Part shown: piece by piece, positions 48,110-58,941 of the stretch | Layout: every line of letters begins with the position of its first letter | How positions within the stretch are numbered: position 1 is the stretch's first letter | Source: an uncultured Thermanaerothrix sp. | Lineage (GTDB): Bacteria; Chloroflexota; Anaerolineae; Anaerolineales; Anaerolineaceae | NCBI RefSeq assembly: GCF_938028735.1 | Contig: NZ_CALIMF010000001.1 | Coordinates: 79,003-143,002, forward strand | Direction: 5' to 3' | DNA length: 64,000 nt | Made by a program: the position numbers and the translations under genes | Notes under the pieces: generated by a model | Databases searched by the model: none | Told to the model about the DNA's origin: nothing | The model's input: only the letters and a program-made list of their open reading frames with translations

Positions 48110-50074
48110 ATGGATTGGAAGCCAGTTCTCTTCCGCATCCGTTATGGCGTGGTGCTCATCCTAGTTCTGACCTTGGTGGCCTGCCAGGCGACATCGAGGG
48201 AGAACGGAAAGATCACACCACCGAACCCTATGGCGACTTCTATCCCCTCACCTCTTCCCAGCCCAACCCAGCCACCCAAAGTGTTGACGGTGTGCTTGGG
48301 GGAGGAGCCCCTGACTCTTTATCTCTACGGGGGTAACAGCCGTGCCATGTGGAACATCTTGGAGGCGCTTTATGATGGCCCGGTGGATTGGGTGAACGGC
48401 CAGGCCCAACCGGTCTTACTGGAACGCTTGCCCGAGTATGAAAACGGAGATGTGGTTGAGGAAACGGTGACCGTTCAGTCGGGGGATGAGGTGGTAGATA
48501 CCAGCGGGCGGGTCGTCCCCCTGGAAAAGGGGGTGCGGGTTTTTCCTGCAGGATGCCGTGCGGCAGATTGTGCCCGGTCCTGGGATGGGAACGCCCCTGT
48601 GGAAATGACGCGTTTGCGCATCACCTTCCACCTGCGGCCTGGGGTGACCTGGTCAGATGGGCAGCCTCTAACGGCTGAGGATTCGGTGTACTCCTTCCAT
48701 CTCGCTGCCGATCCTAAAACGCCCACCTCAAAGTATTATGTGGAACGTACCGCGGATTATCGGGCAGAGGACTCCCAAACGGTGGTTTGGGTGGGAAAAC
48801 CCGGTTATGTTCCCCGCGATTACGCTGCGATGTTTTATATCCCCCTGCCTCAGCACGTCTGGGGGGGCTATACGCCCGAAGCGCTGCTGACTGCTGAAGT
48901 TAGCGCGCGCCAGCCCATGGGGTGGGGACCGTATGTGATCGAAACCTGGCAACCGGGGGAGGTTTTGCGGCTGCGCCGTAATCCCAACTACTTCCGTGCA
49001 GGTGAAGGGCTGCCGAAGTTTGATAGGATCGAATTTCGCTTTCTGGGTGAGCAGGCAGACAACAACCTCTACGCGCTGCTCCATGGCACGTGTGATGTGG
49101 TAGATCGAACGGTACTGTTGGAGAACCAATTAAAGGACGTCTTGGAAGCCGAGAAAAATGGTCAGATCCGTGTGTGGCGCTTGCTGGGTCCAACCTGGGA
49201 GCATTTGGATTTTGGCATTCGCCCGGCGGCTTATGACGCAGGTTACGTGCCGAATGGGGGGTATCGTCAAGATATTTTCGGCGATGTGCGTACACGTCAG
49301 GCATTTGCCTATTGTTTGGATCGTGAACGGGTAATTCGAGACCTATTCCTGGGACAGAATCAGGTACCGCTTGGCTTTTACCCACCCGGCGACCCGCGCT
49401 CTTTCCAGGGCGAGAATCCGTTTCCCTATGATCCCCGAAAGGGACAGGAGTTGCTGGAGCTCGTTGGTTGGGTGGATGATGACAGCAACCCGGCCACGCC
49501 GCGCGTGGCACGGGGGGTGCCCAATGTGCTGGATGGCACACCGTTGGCGGTTACTTACCTGACGACGAATGCCCCCTTACGCCAGAAGGTTGCTGCCATC
49601 CTGGCTGAGAGTCTGCGAGGGTGTGGCGTTGGAGTGAATGTGCAGACCCTAAACGCAGGTGAATTCTACGCGCCCGGGCCGGAGGGACCGCTGTTCGGAC
49701 GAAAATTTGATCTGGCGGCTTTTGCCTGGCAAAGCGGAGATGAATCCCCTTGCTTTTTATACACAACCGATCAGATACCCAACGCGGGCAATCACTGGCT
49801 GGGCACAAATGTGACTGGATTCAGCGATGCGACTTATGACCGGCTTTGTCAAACAGCGCTCTCTGCGCATCCATCAGAGGGCGAGGCCTATCTGGCGGCG
49901 CAACGTGAGGTACAGGTGGCCTATTGGCAGTTTTTGCCCTCAATCCCACTTTATTATTCCCTGGATCTGGTGGCAGCGCGTCCAGATATTTGCGGGCTAG
50001 CCCCGGACCCCACAGGTCGCAGTGACTTGTGGAATCTGGAAGGGCTGGATCGTGCGCCGAGTTGCCCGCGATGA
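48110..50074 (+). CDS. Family-5 peptide-binding lipoprotein, cysteine-rich
   Basis: Lipobox LVAC, LRPGVTWSDGQPLTAEDS, WGPY, DVRTRQAFA; start uncertain. Confidence 0.88.
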   Translation: MDWKPVLFRIRYGVVLILVLTLVACQATSRENGKITPPNPMATSIPSPLPSPTQPPKVLTVCLGEEPLTLYLYGGNSRAMWNILEALYDGPVDWVNGQAQPVLLERLPEYENGDVVEETVTVQSGDEVVDTSGRVVPLEKGVRVFPAGCRAADCARSWDGNAPVEMTRLRITFHLRPGVTWSDGQPLTAEDSVYSFHLAADPKTPTSKYYVERTADYRAEDSQTVVWVGKPGYVPRDYAAMFYIPLPQHVWGGYTPEALLTAEVSARQPMGWGPYVIETWQPGEVLRLRRNPNYFRAGEGLPKFDRIEFRFLGEQADNNLYALLHGTCDVVDRTVLLENQLKDVLEAEKNGQIRVWRLLGPTWEHLDFGIRPAAYDAGYVPNGGYRQDIFGDVRTRQAFAYCLDRERVIRDLFLGQNQVPLGFYPPGDPRSFQGENPFPYDPRKGQELLELVGWVDDDSNPATPRVARGVPNVLDGTPLAVTYLTTNAPLRQKVAAILAESLRGCGVGVNVQTLNAGEFYAPGPEGPLFGRKFDLAAFAWQSGDESPCFLYTTDQIPNAGNHWLGTNVTGFSDATYDRLCQTALSAHPSEGEAYLAAQREVQVAYWQFLPSIPLYYSLDLVAARPDICGLAPDPTGRSDLWNLEGLDRAPSCPR

Positions 50075-50075
50075 A

Positions 50076-50975
50076 TCATGTTGGCCAAAAAAGTAGCCAT
50101 ATCCCTGTTAGTGCAACCCCGGCGCCGGCAACAGCGCGCAGGGATAGACGCTCGCCATTCCATGCAGCCAGCGGGAGGATGAAAACAGGACTGGTGGCCA
50201 GTAGGGTTTGGACAACCCCTGCTGCTGCGTATGTGAGAGCGACTTGCTGCAACCACATGGCCAGGTAGGTGCCCAGGAAGGTGGCGCCCACTGTCATCAC
50301 CAGTAGGCGTGGGTAGGCCCGAAAGGGAGTTATATCCGGCCAGGACTGATGGGTGAGCCCTATCCAGAGGAGCAATCCCACCACACCCGCGGCTAGGCGG
50401 ATTACCGCGCTTTGTAGCGCATTGATCGAGGTGGTGAGGAAAACAGCGCGAGAGAGGAGAACAGCACTGGATTGCGCCAGCGCTGCTAATAACCCCCATA
50501 GCACGCCCCGCCAGTGCGGAGGCCCTGCTTGCCGTTCCGCGGGGGTCCGCTCGCTGATAACCCAGGCAACTCCCCCACTGGTTATCAGAATGCCTGCCCA
50601 CGCCGGCGGGCTTAATGATTCTCCCAAGGTTATCCAGCCAAGCAGGGCAGTGATGGGTGGGGCCAAAATGGTCAAGAGCAGTGTGCGGCGCGGTCCTAGG
50701 TCGTTCAAGGTGGCCAGGTAGGCTGTATCACCTAGGCTAATGCCGATCAAGCCACTCAGTCCTAGCCATAGCATTGCCTGGGGGGAGGGGGAGGTGGGCG
50801 GGTTGGGCATGCATAGCAGAGTCAACCCCAGCAGGAATAACCCAATAATTCCCTTAAAAAGGTTAAGGTGCAGAGGGCGCAACCAGCGTCCTGATTGTGC
50901 AAACAGAAAAGAAGCACAGGCCCATAGTAGGGCAGCAGTTAGTGCAGCCAGAGCACCGAGGGTGAAAACAGCCAT
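50076..50975 (-). CDS. DMT/EamA-family transporter
   Basis: Two EamA repeats, about 10 TM helices, GISLGDT and SPVFIL..GERLS motifs. Confidence 0.9.
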   Translation of the reverse strand: MAVFTLGALAALTAALLWACASFLFAQSGRWLRPLHLNLFKGIIGLFLLGLTLLCMPNPPTSPSPQAMLWLGLSGLIGISLGDTAYLATLNDLGPRRTLLLTILAPPITALLGWITLGESLSPPAWAGILITSGGVAWVISERTPAERQAGPPHWRGVLWGLLAALAQSSAVLLSRAVFLTTSINALQSAVIRLAAGVVGLLLWIGLTHQSWPDITPFRAYPRLLVMTVGATFLGTYLAMWLQQVALTYAAAGVVQTLLATSPVFILPLAAWNGERLSLRAVAGAGVALTGIWLLFWPT

Positions 50976-51155
50976 GAGTCAATCTCTCCACAGCCAAGGA
51001 CTTAATCCCGGCTACTTCTATCATACCGCGATTTTGAAGGATTATCTGGTCTACCGCGTCAGGTATGATTGAGGGGCAGGGTTTCCGATAGATGTGGTAT
51101 AAATAGTTAACAGGTGGAGATAGCCGGTTTGAGCACACAGAAAGGGAGGGCGCTG

Positions 51156-51431
51156 ATGGTAGGTTTTGGCGACGCACGTCGCGCGAACCGAATTGACTGG
51201 GAACGGCCGGTGCAGATTGTTGCTCCTGTGCTGGCCGCAGCGAAAACCCTGAATGTGAGTGCGGTGGGGATGTTATTACTGACCGCTGCTGACGTGGCCT
51301 TAAGTGTGGGGGACGAAGTGGCGTTGGAGGTGCCCCATCTAGACGCCGGTGAGCCGTTGGTGGTTCATGGGCGGGTGGTGCGTCTGGAGCGTGCTCCGGA
51401 TTTCCTGCGCGTGGCCGTGGACTTTTCATAA
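51156..51431 (+). CDS. Single-domain PilZ protein
   Basis: RxxxR (RRANR) and N/DxSxxG (NVSAVG) c-di-GMP motifs, G.VVR...AV.F; SD gggagg before ATG 51156. Confidence 0.8.
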   Translation: MVGFGDARRANRIDWERPVQIVAPVLAAAKTLNVSAVGMLLLTAADVALSVGDEVALEVPHLDAGEPLVVHGRVVRLERAPDFLRVAVDFS

Positions 51432-51467
51432 AAGAGAGCGCCACTTTTAGGGTAATTGACCTGATGG

Positions 51468-51498
51468 CCCCTGCGCCCCTCAAAGCGCAGGGGTTATT
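51468..51498 (+). terminator. Probable terminator after PilZ gene
   Basis: CCCCTGCGC/GCGCAGGGG stem followed by TTATT. Confidence 0.5.
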
Positions 51499-51518
51499 AA
51501 AACGTTCGACAAACCTTG

Positions 51519-51558
51519 TTGACAATTTTTACTAATGATAGTAATATAATCTAGAAAA
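51519..51558 (+). promoter_or_regulatory. sodA promoter with palindromic operator candidate
   Basis: TTGACA(51519)-N17-TAATAT; TTACTA-ATGA-TAGTAA inverted repeat in the spacer. Confidence 0.5.
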
Positions 51559-51617
51559 TCTAATAAACTTAGGCTGAATAGCACCAATCTCAAAAACAAC
51601 CCAGAAAGGACCAAATT

Positions 51618-52235
51618 ATGGGAAAGCCGTTTGAACTACCCGAATTGAAATACGCCTATGCGGCTCTAGAACCAGTCATTGATGCGCGGACGATGGAGAT
51701 TCATCACACTAAGCATCATGCTGCCTATGTTAACAACCTCAATAAAGCGCTAGAAAGCGCGCCGGAATGGTTTGATTATCCTATCGAAACCATTTTGCGT
51801 CGGATCAACGAGATCCCGGAGGCCATTCGCACCGCTGTTCGCAATCATGGCGGTGGTCACGCTAATCACTCCCTTTTCTGGGAGGTCATGATCCCCGGCG
51901 GGGCGAAGGAACCCCATGGGGCGTTGGCAGAAGCGATCAATACTACCTTTGGTTCGTTTGCGGCTTTTCAAGAGCAGTTCAGCAATGCCGCCATCACCCG
52001 TTTTGGATCCGGATGGGCTTGGCTGGTAGTGGATGGGGATAAAAAACTGCGCGTCTACTCGACCGCTAATCAGGATAGCCCTTATATGGACGGACATACG
52101 CCTATCCTGGGCTTGGATGTGTGGGAGCACGCGTATTACCTTAACTATCAATGGCGCCGTCCCGATTACGTGAAGGCGTGGTGGGCGGTGGTTAACTGGG
52201 ACGTGGTAGGTCGCCTGTACGAGCAGGCGCGCTAA
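51618..52235 (+). CDS. sodA: Superoxide dismutase, Mn/Fe family (Mn-type signature)
   Basis: [33 protein letters not shown]. Confidence 0.95.
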   Translation: MGKPFELPELKYAYAALEPVIDARTMEIHHTKHHAAYVNNLNKALESAPEWFDYPIETILRRINEIPEAIRTAVRNHGGGHANHSLFWEVMIPGGAKEPHGALAEAINTTFGSFAAFQEQFSNAAITRFGSGWAWLVVDGDKKLRVYSTANQDSPYMDGHTPILGLDVWEHAYYLNYQWRRPDYVKAWWAVVNWDVVGRLYEQAR

Positions 52236-52263
52236 TCGGATTGGTGACCTAATCTGATATCAT

Positions 52264-52294
52264 GGAGACAGGCGGAACAGCCTGTCTCCTTCTT
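52264..52294 (+). terminator. Intrinsic terminator after sodA
   Basis: GGAGACAGGC/GCCTGTCTCC stem plus TTCTT. Confidence 0.7.
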
Positions 52295-52302
52295 GCGTTT
52301 GA

Positions 52303-53235
52303 TTAAGGTGCCAACTTACCATTCTCGTCAATGGTTGCAGTTAGGTGGGCGCCCAATAGAGTGATCAGGCTGCTCACGTACATCCAGATCATAAATACCA
52401 CTACGGTACCCAGTGAACCGTAGATGAGTTCATACCGTGCCCAGCCACTGCTCAGATAGAAGACAAAGGCTCGCTTCGCCACTTCCCACCCCAGGGCAGC
52501 AAAAAGCGCTCCCGAGAACACAGCTCGCCACCGTACGGAAGTATTGGGGATCCAGGCATAAAGGCCAAGAAACATAAGGAAGGTGAACGTCCAGGGCACC
52601 AGCGTAGAGAGGGCGGTCCATAAAAGGGTCTGTTCCAGCGGGACGCCGTTGTGAACTGGCAGGTGTGATTGGCGAAGGAGGTTGATCAAAGGGGTGGAGG
52701 CCAGTGAGAGGATCAGTAGCAGGATGATGATCAGTACTATGAACAACGCCATTAAGCGCGTGCGGAGGAGATCGCGCGGCTTAACCCCTTGCCAAGCGTA
52801 GTTGATATGGCGTACCAAGGTATTAAAGAACCCTGTGGCCGACCACAGCGCGCCAAGCAAGCCGATCAACCCATAGGTACTGCGACGGCTGAGAACTTCC
52901 TGCAGGGTGCGCTCAATCAGGCTCTGGGCACCCGGCATGAGTTCCACCACAAGGTTGAGTGTGATTTGGTAGGCATCTTCACGGCGCAGCACAAAACCAA
53001 GCACTGAGATCAGAATTAGCAGGAGGGGGAAGAGAGAGAATAGCGCGTAGTACGAAAGGCTGGCCGCTGCTTCGGCGCCGCGTGCCTGACTGAAACGCAG
53101 GACGGTCAGACGAATGATGTGCAGGCTCCCACGGCTCAACCGGTTGGCGCGGCGGTAGAGGGTCCGAATCTTCAGATATCCCTGGTTGGCAAATTGGGCC
53201 AGATGAGCATGTTTTCTGGGCAGCTCAATAGGCAT
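52303..53235 (-). CDS. YihY/virulence factor BrkB-family membrane protein
   Basis: AASLSYYALFSLFP, Y.WIPN, GALFAA..WE..K, IYGSLG, W.Y.S...LLGA. Confidence 0.9.
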   Translation of the reverse strand: MPIELPRKHAHLAQFANQGYLKIRTLYRRANRLSRGSLHIIRLTVLRFSQARGAEAAASLSYYALFSLFPLLLILISVLGFVLRREDAYQITLNLVVELMPGAQSLIERTLQEVLSRRSTYGLIGLLGALWSATGFFNTLVRHINYAWQGVKPRDLLRTRLMALFIVLIIILLLILSLASTPLINLLRQSHLPVHNGVPLEQTLLWTALSTLVPWTFTFLMFLGLYAWIPNTSVRWRAVFSGALFAALGWEVAKRAFVFYLSSGWARYELIYGSLGTVVVFMIWMYVSSLITLLGAHLTATIDENGKLAP

Positions 53236-53367
53236 CACAAGTGGCTCACGTCTGATGCAGCTTCTCATCCTCAATTTACCATATAAGGCCCGGTTTGGGT
53301 ATGGAAAGGGCTGTCCTCTGGTACAATTTTCCAACGCTATCTGGTTGAAGATGGAAGGAGTGTTAGC

Positions 53368-53973
53368 TTGATCGAACAGGATTCGCCAGCAAGTGTCATG
53401 CCTCGGCTCGTCAAAGGGGTGCGCATTGTGACTTCGCGGTTGGTAGAACAGGGGATCAGAACGACTGGATTATGGTTGGTTCATCTCTTCTGCCGAACTG
53501 TGCTGGACCGGCCCTTACGGCGCCTTTCTCAGATCACCCCCAGTTTATTTGTAGGAGGGCAGTTTGGGCGGCGAGGTAAACGCATCCTTGAGCGTTGGGG
53601 GATTGAGGCGGTGGTCAACCTGCGCGCGGAGTTTGATGATCGTGCTGCTGCGCTGGCACCAACGCACTACTTATATTTGCCCACAATAGATGACCAGGCG
53701 CCTTCTATGGAGGCACTGGAGGAGGGGGTTGCCTTCATCCAAGCGCAAATAAAAGCCGGGCGCAAAGTCTATATACACTGTGCGTCAGGTGTAGGGCGTG
53801 CGCCTACGCTGGCAGTGGCTTATCTGGTTAGCACCGGTCTCATGGTGGAGCAAGCTTGGGATATGATTCGCCAGGTGCGTCCCTTTATCCGGCCCACATT
53901 GGTGCAACGCCGTCAAGTGGAACGCTTTGCTCAATGGTGGAGGCAACGCGAACAAGCCTCTCCCCGAGAATAG
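53368..53973 (+). CDS. Dual-specificity protein/tyrosine phosphatase family protein
   Basis: CX5R loop HCASGVGRA, upstream acid Asp (TIDD), R...RP C-terminal motif. Confidence 0.87.
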   Translation: MIEQDSPASVMPRLVKGVRIVTSRLVEQGIRTTGLWLVHLFCRTVLDRPLRRLSQITPSLFVGGQFGRRGKRILERWGIEAVVNLRAEFDDRAAALAPTHYLYLPTIDDQAPSMEALEEGVAFIQAQIKAGRKVYIHCASGVGRAPTLAVAYLVSTGLMVEQAWDMIRQVRPFIRPTLVQRRQVERFAQWWRQREQASPRE

Positions 53974-54050
53974 TTGTGAGATCATCCTCATACAAACCCG
54001 ACATAGGTTCTCCTAATTCCTTATAATTAGAGGTAAGAGAGGAGAAACGA

Positions 54051-55007
<957 letters not shown>

Positions 55008-55016
55008 ACCTGGCCC

Positions 55017-55658
55017 ATGGCAAAAGTGTTGACACGTAAGGCAGTTGAGCGCCCTGCATGGCTTCTCTGGGTTCATGGTCTAGGGGTAGCGCCGGCGGTT
55101 TTGTTCTGGATAGGTGTCTTGCGTGGGATGTACTGGATCAACCCGCTGCAAACTGCTATTCAGCGCAGTGGTGATGCGGCCATTTTGCTTCTGCTGGCTT
55201 CGCTGACTTGTACACCCTTGGCTTGGGTAAGGGGCTTGGCGTGGGTTGTGCGCTGGCGGCGTCCCCTGGGGCTGTATGCTTTTGCTTACGCTCTGGTCCA
55301 TGTTGCACTCTACGTGGGTGTGGATTATGAGTTGAACTGGGCTTGGTTGGGCGCCGAGTTTCGCGAGAAGCCTTATTTATGGTTTGGGGCGGGCGCTTTT
55401 CTCATTCTTAGCGGCCTGGCGGTAACGTCTCTTCAGGGCATCCAGCGTAGGCTTGGGCGGCGCTGGAAGGCGCTCCACCGGCTGGTTTACGTGGCGGCCC
55501 TCTTGGTGCTTGTGCATTTGGCACTGGTAGTCAAGGGAGATGCCCTTCGTTTGCGTGGGGAAGTGTGGAAGCCTCTGCTAGCCGGCATGGGGGTTGGTGT
55601 ACTCTTAGGGGTGCGTTTGCTCCGGAGGGTACGGCGGGGATTGTCAAAGCATCTCTAA
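55017..55658 (+). CDS. msrQ: Protein-methionine-sulfoxide reductase heme subunit
   Basis: TPL, RRPLGLYAFAY..H, LAVTS, W.ALHRLVY...H; follows msrP. Confidence 0.93.
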   Translation: MAKVLTRKAVERPAWLLWVHGLGVAPAVLFWIGVLRGMYWINPLQTAIQRSGDAAILLLLASLTCTPLAWVRGLAWVVRWRRPLGLYAFAYALVHVALYVGVDYELNWAWLGAEFREKPYLWFGAGAFLILSGLAVTSLQGIQRRLGRRWKALHRLVYVAALLVLVHLALVVKGDALRLRGEVWKPLLAGMGVGVLLGVRLLRRVRRGLSKHL

Positions 55659-55817
55659 AACTCGTCAGCAAGGGGGCCATGAGCATGGGAAAAGACATGT
55701 GCTAAGGGGAGCAAGAAATATGACTCGAAATATGACCGAAATGCTCTGTGTAGGGGGTGGAACACAAAGCGGAGCAGGCTAAAATGAGATTATCCCCTTA
55801 CCCAAAAGGAGAAGCCT

Positions 55818-56894
55818 GTGATGGAAGCCACAACCCGCGAGGCACGCTTGGCTGCCTTGCCTAAACTGAATGAGATTAACCGTGAGATTACCGCTTACCA
55901 GCGAGCGGATACGCGTCGCGCCGTTTGGCAATTGGTTAACACCCTGGTGCCATATGCGGTGCTCTGGTATTTAATGTACCGCAGCCTGACGATTTCTTAT
56001 GCGTTGACCTTGGGCCTGGCCGTTTTGGCGGCCGGTTTTCTGATCCGTGTATTTATCTTTTTCCACGATTGTGGTCACAACTCCTTCTTTCCTTCCACCC
56101 GACTGAACCGTACGGTAGGCTTCTGGTTGGGGATCCTGGTGTTTACCCCCGGCGAGCAATGGTGGCACTCCCATGCCATTCACCATGCCACCAGTGGGAA
56201 CCTGGACAAACGTGGGGTGGGGGATGTTACGACTCTGACCCTTGAAGAGTTTTACGAAAAGGCCTGGCTGGAGAAACTGGGATATCGCTTCTTTCGTAAC
56301 CCGCTGGTTATGTTCATCTTAGGACCGATCTTCATGTTCCTGATCATGCACCGTTTACCCCTGCCGCGCTATGGCAAGCGCCAGACGCGCAGCGTGTGGT
56401 TGACCAATCTGGGTGTTGTGGCCTTGGCTGCAGGGCTGATCGCGCTGGTGGGCTGGAAGGCATATGTGATGATTCAACTTCCGGTTATCTGGTTGGCCGG
56501 CACAGGGGGAATCTGGTTGTTCTACATCCAGCATCAGTTTGAGGATGTATATTGGGAGCGCGCGGAGCACTGGAACTATGTGGCGTCGGCATTGCTGGGG
56601 GCTTCCTATTACAAATTACCTAAGGTGCTGGAGTGGTTTACGGGTAGCATTGGCTATCACCACATTCATCATCTCAGCCCACGCATTCCCAATTATTACC
56701 TGGCCGAATGCCAGCGGCAGTCCCCTATCCTGCAACGGTGGGCACGGGTGGTGACCATTCCTGAAAGCCTGCGTGCTGTTCGTCTCAAGGTGTACAACGA
56801 GGCCCTTCGGCGCATGGAAGGTTTCCCCAAAGCCGAAACCACCTCTGTAGGTGAGAAGCAGGTGGGAGAGGCAGCCTCTACAAATCTCACTTGA
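55818..56894 (+). CDS. Membrane fatty acid desaturase (Bacillus Des-like)
   Basis: His boxes HDCGH, HAIHH, HHIHH; FYIQHQFE; PRIPNY. Confidence 0.92.
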   Translation: MMEATTREARLAALPKLNEINREITAYQRADTRRAVWQLVNTLVPYAVLWYLMYRSLTISYALTLGLAVLAAGFLIRVFIFFHDCGHNSFFPSTRLNRTVGFWLGILVFTPGEQWWHSHAIHHATSGNLDKRGVGDVTTLTLEEFYEKAWLEKLGYRFFRNPLVMFILGPIFMFLIMHRLPLPRYGKRQTRSVWLTNLGVVALAAGLIALVGWKAYVMIQLPVIWLAGTGGIWLFYIQHQFEDVYWERAEHWNYVASALLGASYYKLPKVLEWFTGSIGYHHIHHLSPRIPNYYLAECQRQSPILQRWARVVTIPESLRAVRLKVYNEALRRMEGFPKAETTSVGEKQVGEAASTNLT

Positions 56895-56919
56895 GATTTT
56901 GGGTTTATCTTTGTTCATC

Positions 56920-56956
56920 ACAGACCGGTTAGCGTGCGAGCCGGTCTGTCGTTTTT
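56920..56956 (+). terminator. Intrinsic terminator after the desaturase
   Basis: ACAGACCGGTT/AGCCGGTCTGT stem plus CGTTTTT. Confidence 0.65.
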
Positions 56957-57044
56957 ATGTGTGCTATCATTGAGATGAAGCCTCACCGGTTCGGGGGATC
57001 CGGGCAGACTGGCTATCCTCTAAAACATCTTCCCACAAGGAGGC

Positions 57045-58865
57045 ATGGAAACCATGGTTTGGCAACCTCAACGTGCGCCGTTGATGACTCGTTGGGGCGA
57101 GGCGCTTCAGCCTGAGGCCGTCTGGCCGGAGTATCCTCGACCTCAATTGGTGCGGGAAGAATGGTTGAACCTCAACGGAGTCTGGCAATTTGGCATTGCC
57201 CCGCGGGCTCAGGCAACCCCTCCTGTTTTCGAGGGTGAGATTCTAGTGCCTTTTGCTATCGAAGCGGCGCTTTCTGGGGTAAGGCGCTCGCTCCAACCTG
57301 AAGAACGTTTATGGTATCGCTGCATTTTTGAGGTGCCTCCGGCTTGGGAAGGCAAGCGGGTGCTGTTGCATTTTGGTGCAGTGGATTGGGAGGCGGAAAT
57401 TTGGGTCAATGGTTACCGCGTGGGGAGCCATCAGGGTGGTTATTTGCCGTTTGTGTTCGATATCACTCCTTACCTACGCTCAAGGGAGCAGGACCTCATA
57501 GTGGCCGTGTGGGATCCTACGGATACCCATTGGCAGCAGCGCGGCAAACAAACGCGTCAGCCGCATACGATTTGGTACAATTCCGTTTCGGGAATTTGGC
57601 AAACCGTCTGGCTAGAAGCTGTGCCGGCCCACTATGTAGCCGGGTTGCGGATCACGCCGGATGTATCTGGGCAGGCAGTGCGGGTGCGAGTTTTGACTGG
57701 TGGTACAGCTGCCTTGCACGATGTGCGGGCCGAAGTGTTAGCGGAAGGGGTCAAAGTGGCTGAGGTGAGCGTCCCTACCTCTGAAAGTGAGATGATTATC
57801 TCCTTACCCTCGCCACGCCTTTGGAGCCCCGATTCTCCATTCCTCTATGACCTGGTGATCACTGCTGAAAGAGATCGCGTGCGTAGTTACTTTGGAATGC
57901 GAGAGTTTCGGTTGGGCCGAGATGCCCAGGGGCGGACGCGAGTTTTGCTCAACGGCGAGCCGCTGTTCATGTTGGGCCCTCTGGATCAGGGATACTGGCC
58001 AGATGGGTTGTACACGCCGCCCTCAGAAGAGGCCATGCGCTGGGAACTGGCTTTTCTCAAACGGCTGGGTTTCAATATGCTGCGCAAGCATGTCAAGGTT
58101 GAGCCGGCCCGTTATTATTATGCCTGTGATCAGATGGGATTGATTGTTTGGCAAGATATGCCCAACGGTGGGCGTGCGCAAACTGGGTTTGAGGGGTTGG
58201 TTACGCTCTTATTGGGACTGCATCAGGGAGATCAGCGCGCTTTGTGGCGCTTTGGCCGTCAATCCCTTGAATCACGCGCGGATTATCGGCAAGAGTTACA
58301 AGCAATGGTGGATCACCTGTACCATTTCCCTTGTATTGGGGTGTGGGTTCCCTTTAACGAGGGGTGGGGGCAGTTTGAAGCGCGTGCTATTGCAGATTGG
58401 CTCAAGGCGTATGATCCCACGCGCCTAGTGGATCACGCCAGCGGCTGGTACGATCAAAAAGGTGGCGATTTTTGCTCCTACCACGTTTATGGCAAGCCCC
58501 TACGCCCCATTCTGCCAGAAGAAGAGCGAGCAGTGGCGCTTTCTGAATTTGGGGGGTATAGTCTGGAGATCTGCAATCATCTTTGGAACCCCCGCAAGCG
58601 CTTTGGGTATAAACATTTCAAAACTATTCCGGATCTCACATCTGCCTATGAGCGCTTGCTGGACGAGCAGGTGCGTCCTTGGGTAGAAGCCGGCCTTTCG
58701 GCGGCGATTTACACTCAGACCAGTGATGTGGAGATTGAGGTGAATGGCTATCTGACTTATGACCGGGCGGTGGTCAAAATGGATGAGGAACGGGTGAGGG
58801 CTGTCCACGAACGACTCATGCAAACAGCGCGTGAGGCGGCTGAGGGCACTGGTGAGGCTGGATAA
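57045..58865 (+). CDS. Glycoside hydrolase family 2
   Basis: EYPRPQL, NLNGVW, LHFGAVD, SGIWQTVWLE, LDQGYWPDG, RKHVKVE, FNEGWGQ (acid/base), SEFGG (nucleophile). Confidence 0.92.
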   Translation: METMVWQPQRAPLMTRWGEALQPEAVWPEYPRPQLVREEWLNLNGVWQFGIAPRAQATPPVFEGEILVPFAIEAALSGVRRSLQPEERLWYRCIFEVPPAWEGKRVLLHFGAVDWEAEIWVNGYRVGSHQGGYLPFVFDITPYLRSREQDLIVAVWDPTDTHWQQRGKQTRQPHTIWYNSVSGIWQTVWLEAVPAHYVAGLRITPDVSGQAVRVRVLTGGTAALHDVRAEVLAEGVKVAEVSVPTSESEMIISLPSPRLWSPDSPFLYDLVITAERDRVRSYFGMREFRLGRDAQGRTRVLLNGEPLFMLGPLDQGYWPDGLYTPPSEEAMRWELAFLKRLGFNMLRKHVKVEPARYYYACDQMGLIVWQDMPNGGRAQTGFEGLVTLLLGLHQGDQRALWRFGRQSLESRADYRQELQAMVDHLYHFPCIGVWVPFNEGWGQFEARAIADWLKAYDPTRLVDHASGWYDQKGGDFCSYHVYGKPLRPILPEEERAVALSEFGGYSLEICNHLWNPRKRFGYKHFKTIPDLTSAYERLLDEQVRPWVEAGLSAAIYTQTSDVEIEVNGYLTYDRAVVKMDEERVRAVHERLMQTAREAAEGTGEAG

Positions 58866-58941
58866 CTTCCGGACACCTATCCCCTGCCCGGGTGACTTCC
58901 GACTATAATTTGTCTAAATCAGAATATTCTAAGGGGTCGTT

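Noticed and set aside
51020-51069. ATCATACC/GGTATGAT inverted repeat
   Set aside because: More simply explained as two divergent TATGAT -10 elements
53987-54015. CTCATA/GACATA/CTCCTA repeats before msrP as an OmpR-family site
   Set aside because: Spacings of 13 and 10 bp are irregular and the matches are weak
56968-57020. Possible fluoride riboswitch before GH2 (GAGATGAAGCCTC)
   Set aside because: The 3' pseudoknot partner (GCTRATGRCTTC-like) is missing and the gene context does not fit
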